DNA from: Raillietiella orientalis
Lineage: Eukaryota
Length of the DNA: 64,000 bases
Assembly: GCA_036172245.1 (NCBI GenBank)
Contig: JAYWIR010000011.1
Location: forward strand, 3,658,001 to 3,722,000
Direction of reading: 5' to 3'
Positions 27,120 to 40,719 of the stretch are shown piece by piece. Under the pieces are notes generated by a model. That model was not told where the DNA came from and made no database searches. It saw only the letters and a list, made by a program, of their open reading frames with translations. The translations under genes and the position numbers were made by a program. Position 1 is the stretch's first letter, and every line of letters starts with the position of its first letter.

Positions 27120-28830
27120 TGAGTGCCTAGGGGCTATCGAAACCACTACACCTCGCGAAAAGGTGGTACGAGAGGAGAAGCTCCAGGAGCATTGGCGGGC
27201 TCAGCCAGTCTTCAAATGACGTTCAACCTCAAGGATGAGGAGCTTTTTCTGGGACTCCGGAAACCCTGCTGGCCACCTGCGCCCGCCTTGGAGCGACGTG
27301 CTGATGAACACTGGTTTCAGCGGGCGCCACTCTTAAAGCTCGCATGAGAAACGCGGGAAGAGAAGAGCTCGAGTTTCAGACCGTGCAGCAGCAAGTTAGT
27401 TCTAGGCGCGTACAGGAAGACCCTGGAGACTCTGCCAAGTATTTCTCACTGAGGTGTCAGGCCGTGGAGGTGGTGTACGCGTTTCACCTCCCTCTCCTGC
27501 TGCTCATGTCCAGTCCAAGGGCTTGTCCCAAGAAATTCTTCGACCTCATTCTCGGGGCAGAGGATATACACGTGCACACGCTGAAGTCGAAGGTCCCCCT
27601 CATCGGTGCGACGTGGAGATGTCAGCCACGTCAGATCCGTTCGGGGATCTCCGTGGACAGGTCGCGAGAATCCCTTCTTCTGCCCTTGGGCGACTTTCGT
27701 CAGAACGAAGTCTCGTCTAGCTGGACGAAAAAGAGTGAGCTCTGCTCCCGTTTCCAGATCGCAGGTTCCTTCTAGAGAAACCAGTGCCGATCCAGAACAC
27801 GCTGAACTGCATCCCTGCCCCGGCACTTTCTTTCCATTTCCACCGCGCCACCAAGGAGCGAGACAAAGACGGACGTCAGAATACCTCAAGGTCGAGGGTT
27901 CTCTTCAAAAGACTCGTGGTCCCACGAGAAGATTCAGGACTCGGTTCCCTAGTGCTGAGGAGGAGCAGCTGCAGAAGGGTGGTCTGAATGAGCGGGAATT
28001 GCGCGCGACATGCTGAGATGCGCGACCGGCTGAGAGGGAACGGCGTGCCTTCCACTTTGCAGTCGAGGCCAGAGGAATTCCCTTGGGATGCCACTGTAAA
28101 GCAGACCGCCTCCCGACGGAGAGGGCGCCAGTGGATCTCCTGCACTCCCCGACGTACAGTTCAAAGCACAATGGCATCCAGGGAACAGTGGGTACCTTGC
28201 TCTGGGTGATTGGCACGGACCCAAAATTGATGCATCTCGTCCAGATGCTTGGGATTGCCTCCTTGAAAAGCATCGGTCTCTTCCCAAAAGATGGACCCTC
28301 GCAGACGCCACCTTCTAAGCCGCAATGCCTCCCTCTCTATGGGAGAGGGGAGACAATTGGCAAACGGCAGGGCGGGAAATCTCCACAACAGGAGTGACGA
28401 ACCTCGTGGGGAAATGGCCGACGGTTCGTTGGTCGACTCAGCTCAACTTTCAGAGCTGCCCGGCTGGACAGCTCTTTCGGGCAACCCACCTTGGAACTCG
28501 AGATCCTTGCATTCCATTTAAGCAGCTCCGTGCAACCCCCACAGGTGGCAGCAGCACGCTGCTTTGCCCATCTCACACTGGAGTCTCCCGTACCATCCAG
28601 TACTCCTGCGCTCGAGTGGTCACTGAATCTGCTTCCGGGCTGCAGTGCCTTTCTTTGCAGAAGCCCCACCATGCAGACTGCCTGGTGGAGCTCCTGCTGC
28701 AATGTTGCTCCACGCGCAGATGGCTTTTGCCTGCCTCTCTGGTCTCCACAGTCTGCACTGGGGGCGGAGGTTCGTGGCTTCTCTCTGTGCACTAGGAGGG
28801 ACACCAGAAAGGACCATACGCCAAACGCCT
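27120..28830 (+). mobile_element. Decayed L1-like relic
   Basis: VVYA (APE-like), ADRLPTE (PDGLPxE-like), IGLFPKDG (TLxPK-like) and a Cys-rich tail; weak. Confidence 0.35.
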
Positions 28831-28849
28831 ATTGATCATCGATAAATAA

Positions 28850-29900
28850 AATTTATACTTTTAGAAAAGGACCGACAAGTGCCGGCTTGAAAGGAACTGC
28901 TTTCTATGGTGACAGAAATGAAGAGAAGTGGAGAGAGAGGAAGAGGGGCAATAGATAAATAAATAAAGAGGGAATGGGACGGACCGGTTTCCTAATGTTG
29001 AACACGATCCCCGAGGACAAATCGGATAGGGAATGGATGGCAGAGATTGGGGTTACAACCAAGATTGTCGGGCCGGTCTGCCCACAACCGCCCGAAGGTT
29101 CCCTCTAACCGTGCATCCCGGATTGGGCCATTCCATCGCCCTTAGCATACGGACGACGGTGATCGAAAATGGCTCCCCAAGCAGACAGCCACGCCTCTTC
29201 CTCCAAGGAGACGGCCAGCTAGACTGGGGAGCAGACGCTTGTTCGAGCACGTCCTGCGGCTAGATACCGGGGAAACAAAGTGCTTCATCTATGCTTCTGT
29301 CCCTGACTCGATCTTCTAGGTCTAAGGAGAGCACGAGGCACGGTTCCCACTACCCCGCAGCGGGTACTTTTCTTGGGAACTTTCGCCTCCGGGGCGTGGT
29401 GATGCTAAGTAGAAGTGACTGAGCAAACTGAGGATGTCGCTGCTTTGATGGTGAGGAGAATTGATCTAACAGGATGTGCGGAAAGGAATGTTCATTGCAG
29501 CATCCCTAAATTCCGAGTGCAACTGATAGCTCCCAGTTTTTTCACGGGTCTCTCATTTCCTTGGGTTTCCCAGGGAATGCGGCAAACACAGCACACAACT
29601 TCTCGTTTGCATCTTCAAATATCTCTTTTGCAACTTCCACTAAAGAACGTTCTGAGGAGTCTGCCGTCTATTGTGAGACGTAAGATCCATCAAGCTGATT
29701 AACTCTTCGTATTCGGATGGGACGGCAGCAGAGCCGTGAAGCGCATCCAAGTTGAGGGAAACGACTCTCGACAGAGACTGGGACTTGTTTCGTTTTTTCC
29801 TTTGTTTCTTTTTGCTTTTCTTCTCCTGATGAATCATCAACCATTTTGTTATGGCCGCGCCTTTTTCGATGAGCTTACAAATTGTTTTTAGCAAGAAACA
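28850..29900 (-). mobile_element. Internally deleted L1-like element (ORF1 end, APE start, 3' end)
   Basis: Basic tail EKKSKKKQRKKRNK followed by RVVSLNLDAL (xSLNVNGL-like); pyrimidine-rich 3' UTR at 28850-28990. Confidence 0.45.
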
Positions 29901-30684
29901 TGCAGGCCAGAAGAATTGGCAGCATCATTTCAAATAACGGCCGCTCGTAAAACAGCGCTCTCGCGACGAGACGTCGGCGAAATACGCGTCTCCCGGGAAG
30001 TTTTAGCTCAGTGTAGTATCATTCGGTAACTTTGGAATGCAGTCACCGGTTCCTTTCCGTCGAGAAGTTGCAGATTTCTGAAAGGCACGTTATTGGGGGT
30101 GTAAAAGGAGACTTGGGGCATTCAAATACCGGAGATGAAGTGGTCTAGAATCGCAGAAGTTTTGAAGACGCGAGCACGGAGTACGCCGTTTAAGATGAAG
30201 ATTTCAACGCTCCCATTTCTTCTTCCTCTCCCTTAGACGAAGAGACTGATTGCGGCAAGAGAGAAGAAGGGCAGTTATCACCGTTTCCTGTGCATGAGGG
30301 ATCGAAATCACAGCTTTGCTGTGCCGGGAGCCAGAAGGATCAAAATAAATTTTTTAGGAAGAGGGAACATGGGTAAGTGGCTGCTGAAACCACAGGGACT
30401 TTCTTTCAAGAGAGGCGCGAGAAAAAGGGCGAAGTGGAGGACTGGTGCCACGTGATGGAGAGAATGCAGGTGGAAATGAGAAAACTTGGGAAAGTGGGAG
30501 TGGCTTCCAGAATCTTTCGATCTCTTCCGGAGCGTGCGTTCGCATCCGGGTGTCCAATTACGCATCTGAGATAGAACCCTGGTGATTGGCTGGAAAATTA
30601 AGATGACACTTCATTTTTGAATTGCATTCACCAATGTTCCCTGCACCTGCTGAGGCACTTAAAGCACCTCGGGAGTGGATGGTG

Positions 30685-31610
30685 TTTCACCCGGGACGTT
30701 TAGTCACACGAGGAAGAAAACACACGGAAGCAGCGAACGTGGTTCCTTGTGAATCAAAAAGGGGGAAAGAACACCAGAAGAAGTTCAGTTTGCAGGGTTC
30801 GCGGACTCGCAGGTCAGCTGAGGAAGTTTGGAGAATTGGCGGGTCGAGGTAATAAGCAAATAAGTAAATAATGCAGAGTAGATGATGGAGATACTGGTGT
30901 TCGTGCTCCTCTTCTAAGGCATCCGCCAGATACGTTGGCGATTCCCTTGCTGACTTCAATTCTCAAATGGAACCACTGCAAGCCCCCCTCGTGGAAGAGC
31001 AGGCAATACACGTGGCTTCCTGCAGCTTCTGGTGCAGCCCCAAAGAGTAGAAAGCCTCCAGGGTGCTGCAGATGCAAACACAAGATCTTGATTTCGGCGG
31101 CAGATGAGAGAGACCCCCTCGCGCGAAGAGGAGCATTTTGGGAGTGCAGGAGTGCAGAAAGCCAGCATGTGTGCGACTGAGTGCGGCTGGTAAGCCAGCA
31201 GCTCGCACAGTCGGCCGAAGACGTCGCAGTTCATCAACAGGTGAGGGAGAGATTCGATCGACCTGTACCCGGAGCAATCCAGGAAGATGCTCCCCCTCCT
31301 AACAGGGTGCAGATTCTCTCTGCAACGCCAGTTTAAGAAGAGCACTACATTGTGTTGTTGCCATCTCGGGGAGTCCGAGCAGCAGCAACCCTCCCGCATC
31401 ACTCAGAGGATTGTGCACGGCAGTTTTTGAGGAAGTTCTTCCCGCCTCACGTACTCTGGACCGCCGGCACGCTGGCACTGCTGTGCTGAGCCCGTGAAGC
31501 GGTTGCGAGTCTTCACGCCATAGAGCGACGGCAGCTTCGTGCCATCCACTGTGAGGAGGATGGCAAAGTGGAACTTGCCTTCTTCCCAGCGCGGAAACCC
31601 GGCCACTGTT
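30685..31610 (-). mobile_element. L1/Tx1-like 3' fragment, family B
   Basis: DCSGYRSIESLPHLLMNC zinc-finger remnant; 3' UTR shares gac.cgcaggt..aagt..gg with 47.96 and 56.53 kb. Confidence 0.7.
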
Positions 31611-31997
31611 CAACCCTCACCACTCCTCGCTTCTGTCCTTACTCGTTCCGGGTGTTTTCCCACATGTGCTTGTCTTTGTGCACGCTTTCCTTTCAGCCAC
31701 AGACTTGCGTGTCGGCCTTCCCCGAACCGCGCTTCTAGGGTATGTGGACATGCGCTGATTTGTTTTGCACAAACGTCCCAGCGCGACCAGGTTAGCAACA
31801 AACGTGTACCCTTTGTATTCCCCTGTGACAAACACATGGGCATGACCGATATGAGGTCGACAGCAAGGTGGACATTGAAGAATGGCATGAGGGAAGTCTT
31901 CCTGTTTGAGATGACACATCTCAGTAAAGCACTTAAAAATGCACGTGGTGCTTCCCAGGGTATCCTGGGAAGGCGGAGAGAGATGTCTCTCCGAACA

Positions 31998-32850
31998 GGG
32001 TTGACACCCGGTTGCGCCGAGGTGTTTATTTATATGAAAAGTAAACATGCACCTCAGTGGCAGGACGCTTGGTCGTGCCACGTTACAAAAAGGAACCTGC
32101 CGAGAACCGGCGCGCGGACCGGTAAGGTTCGCCACGGCAGCGCGGGAGGTTGCAAATCTCAACTCATGCAAAAAAAGAAAAATAAAACAAAAAATATATA
32201 CCAAAAAATTGGGAGGGTCTGGGAAGGAATCACCGTGTTCTGGAGGGCTCCTCTGCATCCTTGTAAGGATGCCGGCAAGTTCCCGTTTCAAGATCCTCAG
32301 ATGAGGTCATCTTGACGCTATCTTCATGAAGAGGGCACCAAAATAGATGGCGTCCTTGTCGTTGTCGCCTCCTCTGGCGTTGCTGCTCTATGCAGCCACG
32401 GTCCCGCCGCATGGACAGCAAAGTGCTGCTAAGGATGCGGCAGGCGTGAGGGAATCGCTCTGGAAGAGGCGCTTCAGGCTGTCTCTGGCGTTGCCCTCAT
32501 GGTTCCGCAGGGAGAAGGCAAAACCTTCCCACAAAGAGCGGAGGGCAACACACAATCCACAAGCAAGTGCAGAAGGGACTCTCTTTCGCCTCATCTGCCG
32601 CAGTCGGGAATTGCACTCCCTCGGGTCCAATGGTGTCGGTGGGGGTTGCACGGGAGGTCCCAATGCAGCAGGAGGGTTGCTGACTCCTACCACTTTAGGG
32701 GGAGGCTTGCACTGTTCCAGAAGGCCGGGGGACACTGTACCTCCTCCAGTGGAATTTCTAGTAGCTCTCCCCAGCGTAGCAGTCCTTTTGAAGGAACACT
32801 GGCGGCAGCATCTGTCAGCTCCCGCGTTGTGCATGTACCATCTCTCCAAA
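31998..32850 (-). mobile_element. Family A element, 5'-truncated (zf-RVT tail and 3' UTR)
   Basis: Clear nucleotide similarity to 57305-58100; TTRELTDAAASVPSKGLL, PPPKVVG, SLTPAASLAALCCP, LKRELAGILTRMQR; terminal AATAAA plus hairpin. Confidence 0.8.
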
Positions 32851-34496
32851 CAAGCGAGCATTCAAACTGAGACAGCAAGGAACAGCAACAAAAAAGGTAC
32901 ATTTGTGTTCAGGATTCTGATTGCATCCCGAGTTGTTCCGGCAGCTCGACTGTTTCGGAATTCATGCGGCTTTTGCTTTGTGCGATCCCTGAATTTTGAG
33001 TCCATGGGATCGAAGCAGCAGCAATAAATACGAATGGCACTAGCAGTGTCACCATCCATTCTCGTCTCGTTTTTCGATTGTCTGCGTTTTAGTTCCATAA
33101 TGGAATCTATTTCTCATCAGACTGACTTAGGGGACCTCATTTTTGAGACGAAATCATACGAGTCCTTGAGAACAAAGAAAATCTGAAGCAAAAAAAAGGG
33201 GAGGGGAGTTATAAGGTGGGCGAGAGGAGGTTGCGACGAGATTATTCAGTAATTTAAAAGTCGATGATGCTGAAACTGCAGCTTCGATTGCAACTTGTAA
33301 GACAACACATCTTTCAAACTTGCTTCTACATCACCAACTCTCAAATTCCTTTACTTTCTGGCCTCCGTAATGCAGAGCTTGGCAGTGTGGAAGTTGTTTC
33401 CCCTCAAAACCCCCTAAAGTTGGAGTATTGAGCATTTTCGAAAATCTCATTTCCTTAGAATAATGGTGGTGCTACCAGACGTAAAGGGAAGAAGAGTTTT
33501 CTTAATGCTTCACAACTTCCTTTCAGCAGCCTCGTCTGGTTTGTTGCTTGTTGGAATGTGTCGTCCTATTTTCTAGTCATTTGGGGTGCCTAATTTTTTA
33601 TACGCCGTTCCACTCTCCATGACAACAGCTCTGGATCGGGTGGCTGGGAAATGCGTCAACTCTCCCAAGAGTTTCTGCAAACCAGAAGAAGCACTGCTGT
33701 TTCAGCAGCTTTAGCTTCCGTAGTCAGAGTCAGAAACCACCCCACTTTTATTTTTTTCGTGCTCGGTCAGTTTTGGCAAAACCTAGTTTGCCTGAATTCA
33801 AGACATGGGTCGCTAAAATTCCCATTTGTCGCTGATGACTCGTTGCCTGTCTCAACGTTGAGAGAGGAGAGCTCTCAACTCATGCATGTCATATGTTTTC
33901 CATTCCCATCCCTTACATCTCTCAACGAATTCGTCGAATGCTTCCCAAGAAGATGCTCGTTAAGATGGAATTCCTGCATCGGTTGTTGCGAGTCAGCGTT
34001 CTTCCTTGGGCTCGAAGTTATTCGCTCATTTCGCCCGCTTATTTTCGTTCCGGGGAGCTCATCTTTCCTGCTCGCAAAACGAAGGGAAAACCGAAAGTGG
34101 CATCCCGGCTGAGGAGCACGATCTCTGCCATAGGAAGGTTTTTCCATCGCAAACTCGAAGGCTGTGAGCTTTGAGAAGAAACGCACAGGACGGAGCTAAG
34201 TAGCCGGAGAGGTGGGTTACATGACTTGAGAGGACAGATGGAAAACAGTAGAGTAGGGTTCATTCTTCTTTCGCAGACCATTTGACATGAGATGCATGAG
34301 CTCCAAAAGCTGATCGGGCATCAGAATTGGGCTTTGCTTTGAAATTACTTGACTTTTCATAGCTTACCAGCTGGTGGCTAACTTGTTCTTCCACTGTCCT
34401 CGTGAAATTTAGCCAAAGTATCGAATTTGCTCTTCTCTTGAGGCTCGCCATACGTTTGCTCTCTTTAAGAATGTCCCAACATGACCAGGAAACAAT

Positions 34497-34534
34497 CTGA
34501 AGCTGAAGAGGTGAATTCACCTCTTCAGCTTCAG
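34497..34534. repeat. Perfect 38-bp palindrome centred on GAATTC
   Basis: ctgaagctgaagaggtgaattcacctcttcagcttcag is its own reverse complement. Confidence 0.97.
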
Positions 34535-34801
34535 GAGATAGCAAGATCTAATTGGCGGAAAGGAGGCAGACTTTTTCCACTGCTACATCTAAAGCTCAGT
34601 CACCTCATCGCGCTTTCACATGCCACTTTTGGTGTACCACCTTCACAGTGTCGGCTATTCTTCATCGGAAACCCAACTGCACACTGAAACCTGTCTACCT
34701 TGGGGAGAATCTCAGCTTCTGAGGCATCTTCTTTCAGTTCAACCCAAGAACTTCGAGCTGTAAGAAACTTTCGCTCATGGTTAGCAAAAACACCAAAAAC
34801 T

Positions 34802-34912
34802 CAAGCGACAGACATTCCATAGGATTTCCCAAGCGACAGGCATTCCATAGGATTTCCCAAGCGACAGGCATTCCATAGGATTTCCCAAGCGACAGGCATT
34901 CCATAGGATTTC
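34802..34912. repeat. Minisatellite, 4 x 28 bp
   Basis: Unit caagcgacaggcattccataggatttcc; one substitution in the first copy, last copy 27 nt. Confidence 0.97.
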
Positions 34913-36599
34913 TCTAATTTCAGAACAGGATTCGGGAAGCGAGAAGTTCAGCCTTGTTTGTTTCGTCCTATCTACAAGTTCTGCTTCTGGGGTTCCCAAA
35001 GGGTCTTCCTTTTGGATGTGAAATATTCAACTGGTCCTTCAGAATCGCTTTTTCTTTGGTAGGCAGAGCTACCCATCAATTTCTGCGATCTCAAAATCTC
35101 TTTCTACATCCCAAATAAATTGGCAAAGTTCTATTTTACCTCTATCTGAGGAGAGTTCCAATTTCACGCATCAGCTGCGTATTCACATAGTTTCACAGAA
35201 CAGAGAAACGAATATTCAAGAATTCGTAAACACAAATCAGCAGAAAACGCGCTGACAAGTAGGCAGTCGCAGTCACCCATTTCTGAACCCTTACTCACAT
35301 GTCTTGGAAGCCACCTGGAGGAGACCGATTAAGCGCTACAAAGCGACCATTCCGAAAATGCCTGTCCCATTTCGAACCGAGAAGCCATACGAAGGACAGG
35401 AGTAGTATTTTTTATTGCATCCAGGGTTTCGGTTTCAGCGAGATTGCTAAATTCCACGGCTCCTTTGCGTTTTACTTACAAGAGGTGGACGTCATCATGT
35501 TCTATCAGAGCGCTCTCTAGTTCCCTTCCATGGCTTTTAGGTGTTGCGGTGCAGAAGTGCTTCATGCATTTGGAAGATCAAGCTTCGTTCATGCACGGCA
35601 GTGGCCTTTACAGCGGCCGGGAATTGGGAACGATATGTCATGGCTTTTGGGAGGCGCTCCTATTTTCATGCATTTCAATCTGAATTTCCTTCTACAGATT
35701 TGTTTGTCTTTCTGTTCCTTTACACCTGCATGCTATTCCTGCCAACTCGAACTGCTACTGAGCTTTCGAGTTGGCCAGCTGCAAATAAAAATCGCATCCA
35801 ACAAGATGGGATGTCACAAAGACCCAGTGATCAATTTGGGTCATCAGAAAAAGAATTTTAGGTGAGGTACTTGGAGATTTAGGAAGGAATTCTCATGGGT
35901 AAAAGCTGAAGAGGAGCTCCAAGACATCGAATCGAGTGCAAGGATCGACCATAATTACCAGGAAAGATTTGAGGCTTATTCAAACACTCAGTTGAGACAG
36001 CAGAGAACGCACGAGTCGTTGTTTTCGAAGAAGAAATGCCTTTTAATCCTATTGGCTACATGGGAAAAAAACCATTTTAGCACACCATAGTGAGAGAGCA
36101 TCTATGCAACAATCTATTCATCTTCAAATGCTACCAATGTAAGTCTTCTTAATAATAGATTAGGTCTTACAAGTGAACGTGCTTTGGTATTCTCTTTTTA
36201 CTTTCCATCATCTTGAATGCTCTCCTTCCGGACGTTGTCCTTTCCACGCATTTTGTTACAGATTATGAAAGGCATCGGTGACGAAATGAAGTTTGCCGAT
36301 ACTTCATTTATGACTCGTTTTCACCTGAGCTGTTTCCCCGATTGCACTTTGTTTTCAAAAGAAAAAAAAAAGGAATGTGCCTAAACCTACTCTGAACAAA
36401 CGCTTCGTTAGCAAACATCGACGTCCATCAAATCGGTTCGAGAAGCATGCGGCCATCATGACTCATCACACGTCTGCCAGTCCTTTCAGCCGATCCGAAA
36501 CCGACTTCTCTGCTGTAAGCTTCAAAGGCAGTTCACCTACAGAACCCTGGTGATCCAGAGACAGAACGGCACGGCGAGCCTTGATCGGGAGGATCAACC

Positions 36600-37400
36600 A
36601 GTAGGCATCTCCTTCCGAGCACGACCATCTGCGTTTAGCAGAATAAGGTCCATTTATGCCTCACGTATTGTTCACCCGACCATCCAAGCGCCAGCCAAGA
36701 GGTATGCGAAATCGATCTTGCGCGGGTGCTGGAAATGGGAAGAGGGATCATCAAACATCCCAAATCAAATTGCAAACGGTGCTTTTGACTTTGCGTCAGG
36801 AGGCACGTCGTCTCGATCGACCACGTGGAGAAGGTGACGGACGGGTGATTGAGATTCTGGCCAGCAGCCACCAAAGCACACTCGAGTGTGGTAGTCGTTG
36901 CTACCTTCATCACACTCGACGAGTGCTGACCTTTCGGGACGGTCAAGAAGCAGCCTGGAAGCAAGGAGGACTCTGTAAGGGCTGGAAATTTTTACAGGGC
37001 ACGCGAGGCAGCTCTTATCGATTGAATGGAAGGACCACAGGGAATGAGGGGCAACAACGCCAGCGTGGAACAGCAGCGGTTCCCAGCGGAAGGCTGGGAT
37101 GTGGGAGGTGCACCTGGCCCACAAAGATCTCTCCTATTTAGACAAGGAGAACGCCCATAGCCTAACGGATGCATCGCGGCCCATCCTTTCGTCGACGACG
37201 GCGAAGCACCGTACATTTATTTATTCGTTTATTCATTTTTATCCCCCACTGCCCTCTTGACCCCTTCGTGCTGAGCGCGTTTTTCTCGCAACCAGAGGAT
37301 CTATCTGTCTGCCAAGAAAGACCCTGCGTCGACCAGGAAAATTTCCTCACTCTAAAGAATGAATCACGCCCTGGGCTCTTCGCCCATAACGGCGAAGCTG
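36600..37400 (+). mobile_element. L1-like 3' fragment with T-rich UTR and terminal hairpin
   Basis: 36810-36905 is closely similar to 43375-43465; tttatttattcgtttatt UTR; aatgaa..tgggc-tcttc-gccca end. Confidence 0.55.
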
Positions 37401-40400
37401 GACAGGTTGAGAAAACGGCCAGAAACTGTGGAAATTCCTTTGCGATTCCTCAGGTTATCCCGATTCACCTGAATAAACCTCTGCTTTGAATCCGGAGGGC
37501 ACTTGCAGTAAGTGGTGGGACTCTTTTTCACGGACTTCACTTGCGGAACACTTGCTTCGCTTCCCAAGCGGCGCCTCGACGAGCGCGCCAACGCGGTTCG
37601 CAGCTGCGGACTCCTTGCGCCCGCGGGATGTGATCTCCCGTACCCACGGAACGAGGGCTTGGAGGTTGATTATCGCGGGAATCGCGCGTCCTTGAACCGG
37701 ATTGCAAAGTTCATCTCAGAAGGAGAAATCCAGCTCCTTCCCACAGTGACATCGCGACCACTTTTATTCGCGTCATCCACAGTCGGGTGACTAAGAATCT
37801 CCAAGAGCCGGTTTTCCGAATAGCCGAGGAAGGAAACGGATGCACACTCCAAGTGGACGTCACGAATGAGCGAGGGAAGAAGAGACACTTTCTCGAGACG
37901 CGCGAGCAGTACGAGCTTTTCTCAATTCTCCCTTTTCAGGTTGATGCCACGAATGATGTTCACTTGAGGATGCACTTTAGCAGCTCGGGGAACGAAGAAT
38001 CCGTCAGTTGATAATCAGAGCGGTGCTTGTTGGGACACATATCTTTTTCAATGGTCCCACAGATGTGAAATCTCTCCGAGCACGTTTTTCATCTGCGTTT
38101 TGCTTCTTCTCTTAAAAGCATTTTAAATTCATTTCCCAGGGAGCTGCGGTCTCTTCCAAGCTAATTAGATCTAATTCATACTTCAAAATAAAGGACGTCG
38201 TGGTGCAGCTTTCAGAGTTTCCGCGCATCCACAAGGAAGGAAGAAGAAAAAGAAAAAGCAGCGGACTTTACTTTCCGTGTAGCCCGCATTCCTTAGTGCA
38301 AGTCCATGATCCAAGCATAGAAGAACGCTCTGTGCAACCAGGGAAGCGAATGGGGAGAGGAAAGCACCACTTGCTCGAAAGAATATGAGCTGAAGGACGC
38401 CTTTAGAGGAATATAAATTTCGAAAAGTCGAGTCGGCTCGAAAGCGTATCAAGAGAAGGAGCCTCCTTTCGAAGAAGAAATCCGCCCTGACTGAAGCAAT
38501 TCCAACGAGGTCTTTTTAATGCCTATAAAAGAAATGCAGGCATCAGTGAGCTGCAGGGGCAAGAAGATCTTGGGGTTATGTTGGTGTGGATCAAAGAGAG
38601 GCGGAACTGCGAGGAGGCCATTTCTACTGCTCACGCAGTTTGAACTGGAGCGTTGGATGGGTTCTTGAGGAACCGAATTCTTTATCTTACGAGAGTTCGC
38701 GAGAAATCTGCTTTCCAAAGAACTTATCGGATCGAAATTTCTTCAAACACTTTCACCGTACATTGGACTCTGAAAGAACGGTTCAAGACTTAATTCGGAA
38801 ATTTTATCGAAACTTCAAGGAAATTTTTTAAAAAAATACTCAAAACCACTTTGGTAGCAGGAAGGAAAGAGCTGGATTATGGACAACATCAAATAATCGA
38901 TACCGACTCACCACAGAGCCCAGTGGATAAAGTGCTCCTTTCTCACATGAAAAGGCGGAACAGCTATGGAAACTTCCAGAAAGATTTCAGTCTACTGATA
39001 ATCGAACTGAATCGCAGGGAGCGGCACGGGAATTTCGTATACAAGAAAGGTCTGAACTGTTTTCATCGGAGCTTCAGGAAGATGGAGATCCAGCATCAGC
39101 AGAGTAACTGCGGGCGCGAGGTATGAAGAACCCTCGTGGGTCTGCTGTCATGTCAGAGTGTAACAACCACAAGCTTCTCTGAATCGGCAGGATGGAATCG
39201 CAGGAGCAGTGATCCAGGGTAGGTGCTTACTTCCTTTTGGAGTCGAATCCAATGGCTTCAGTTCGAGTCGTTTTGCCTCAACCAATACTGGAAAATCGCG
39301 CGCTGGAAACTAAAAACTGCTTCATCCCTTTTCAAGATTCCTCCGGTGCTCCAGGGTACTTCGATCCGTCCTCTCAGTTCCTTGTTTGCTTTTATTGTCC
39401 GTCATCAGCTGAGCTTGCCGCACGAGACTGTGGCATGCGGAGACATCTCTTGCAGTGCAAATTAAGTCATGAAGGTCGGGCAGGCGCTTACCAGAAGCAG
39501 TGGCTGTTGTGCGAATGGGTTGGTAGCCATTTGATAGAAACTGTCTTTGGACCCACCATCTCTGAGCTCGGGAAGAATCCCTATGTTTTCGCGCCCCCAT
39601 CGCTGATCTTGAGAAATTCCGATCCTGCGGATTCATGGCTCCCCTGCAGGGATAAACATCAGAATGAGTGCCCCTGAAGCGTGTCTCTTGTCGCACCTTT
39701 TCCTACTAGCCAATGCCGACGGAGCTTCAGGATCAACTCTGGCGGAGATGGTGGCAGCGAGTCAGCCACTGCGGCAAAGTTCAGATACGAGTGCATGGGC
39801 GGCTCCACGCAGCCTCTGAGAGGACGCTCGACGCGTTTTGCGCTGGATGTGTGACCCGACAAACCCACTTGAATCTTAATTTCGTCTGATAACAATGAGG
39901 AGGCTGGATTCAATTATTTTGCTCAATGCTGATGGAGGAAGCCCTAACGGGGAAAAAAACAGCGTTCCGGAAACGGTGTACTGTTGGAAAACAGGTCACG
40001 TCTCGAACCCATTCAATTAAAGGGGGCTTCTAATTGAAAAGATTTTGTTATCCATTAATGCTTTAATTAAGACACTTTGAATCGTGTGAGGGGAATACGA
40101 GAAGCTGCATCTCTGGAGACCGTAACAGCGGTCCCGGATCAAAACCCGAGGAGTTTTTTCCCGTCAAATGCTTGCAATTACAAATACACGTGTGAGCATG
40201 TAGCATGTGGAAGCACGCATGCAAAGTGTTTGGCGCGCTTGTTGAAATCCCGCCGAGTGCTTATCGCCTTGGGAGCCGAAGCGGCCGCGCCTCGACCTGC
40301 ACGCGCCGAAGAGGCCATCTGCACGCCGTTTGCATCCTTTGGTTGTGCGCGTTTCACCGTGGGCTTACGCGGGAGAAACCCGGACGACGCGCCCGAGATT

Positions 40401-40719
40401 CTCCTTCTTCGCTGCCAACGCAGGCTCCTTGTCTCACTGGCCGCTACGCAACGGGAAAGCCGCATCGGCGGCCGATCTGGAAGGCCAGTAAAGCGCGAGT
40501 GCCAAAAATTTCAGCTTCACACGCGCCTGACCCAGGAATACACCGGGAACCTCCTCATTACCAGTGGTAGGGTAGCTAGGGGTGCTGGGGAAGGGGTGGG
40601 GAAGGCATTCTTTACACCAATTTCCGATGTTGTCATCTCTGCACCATCGACTCCTACGCTTTGAGTGGATTAATCTCATGTGATCGTGCGATTCCGTGTT
40701 TCTTTCTAACTTCCAACGT

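Noticed and set aside
30010..30020. agtgtagtatc matching the U2 snRNA branch-point region
   Set aside because: Only 11 nt, flanks do not match U2, and it is not adjacent to an RLE element
31539..33027. Long plus-strand ORFs (258 and 226 aa; also 44059-44778)
   Set aside because: Antisense shadows of GC-rich family A sequence or UTR; no recognisable domain
34802..34912. CRISPR-like array (28-bp repeats)
   Set aside because: No spacers, no cas genes, eukaryotic context
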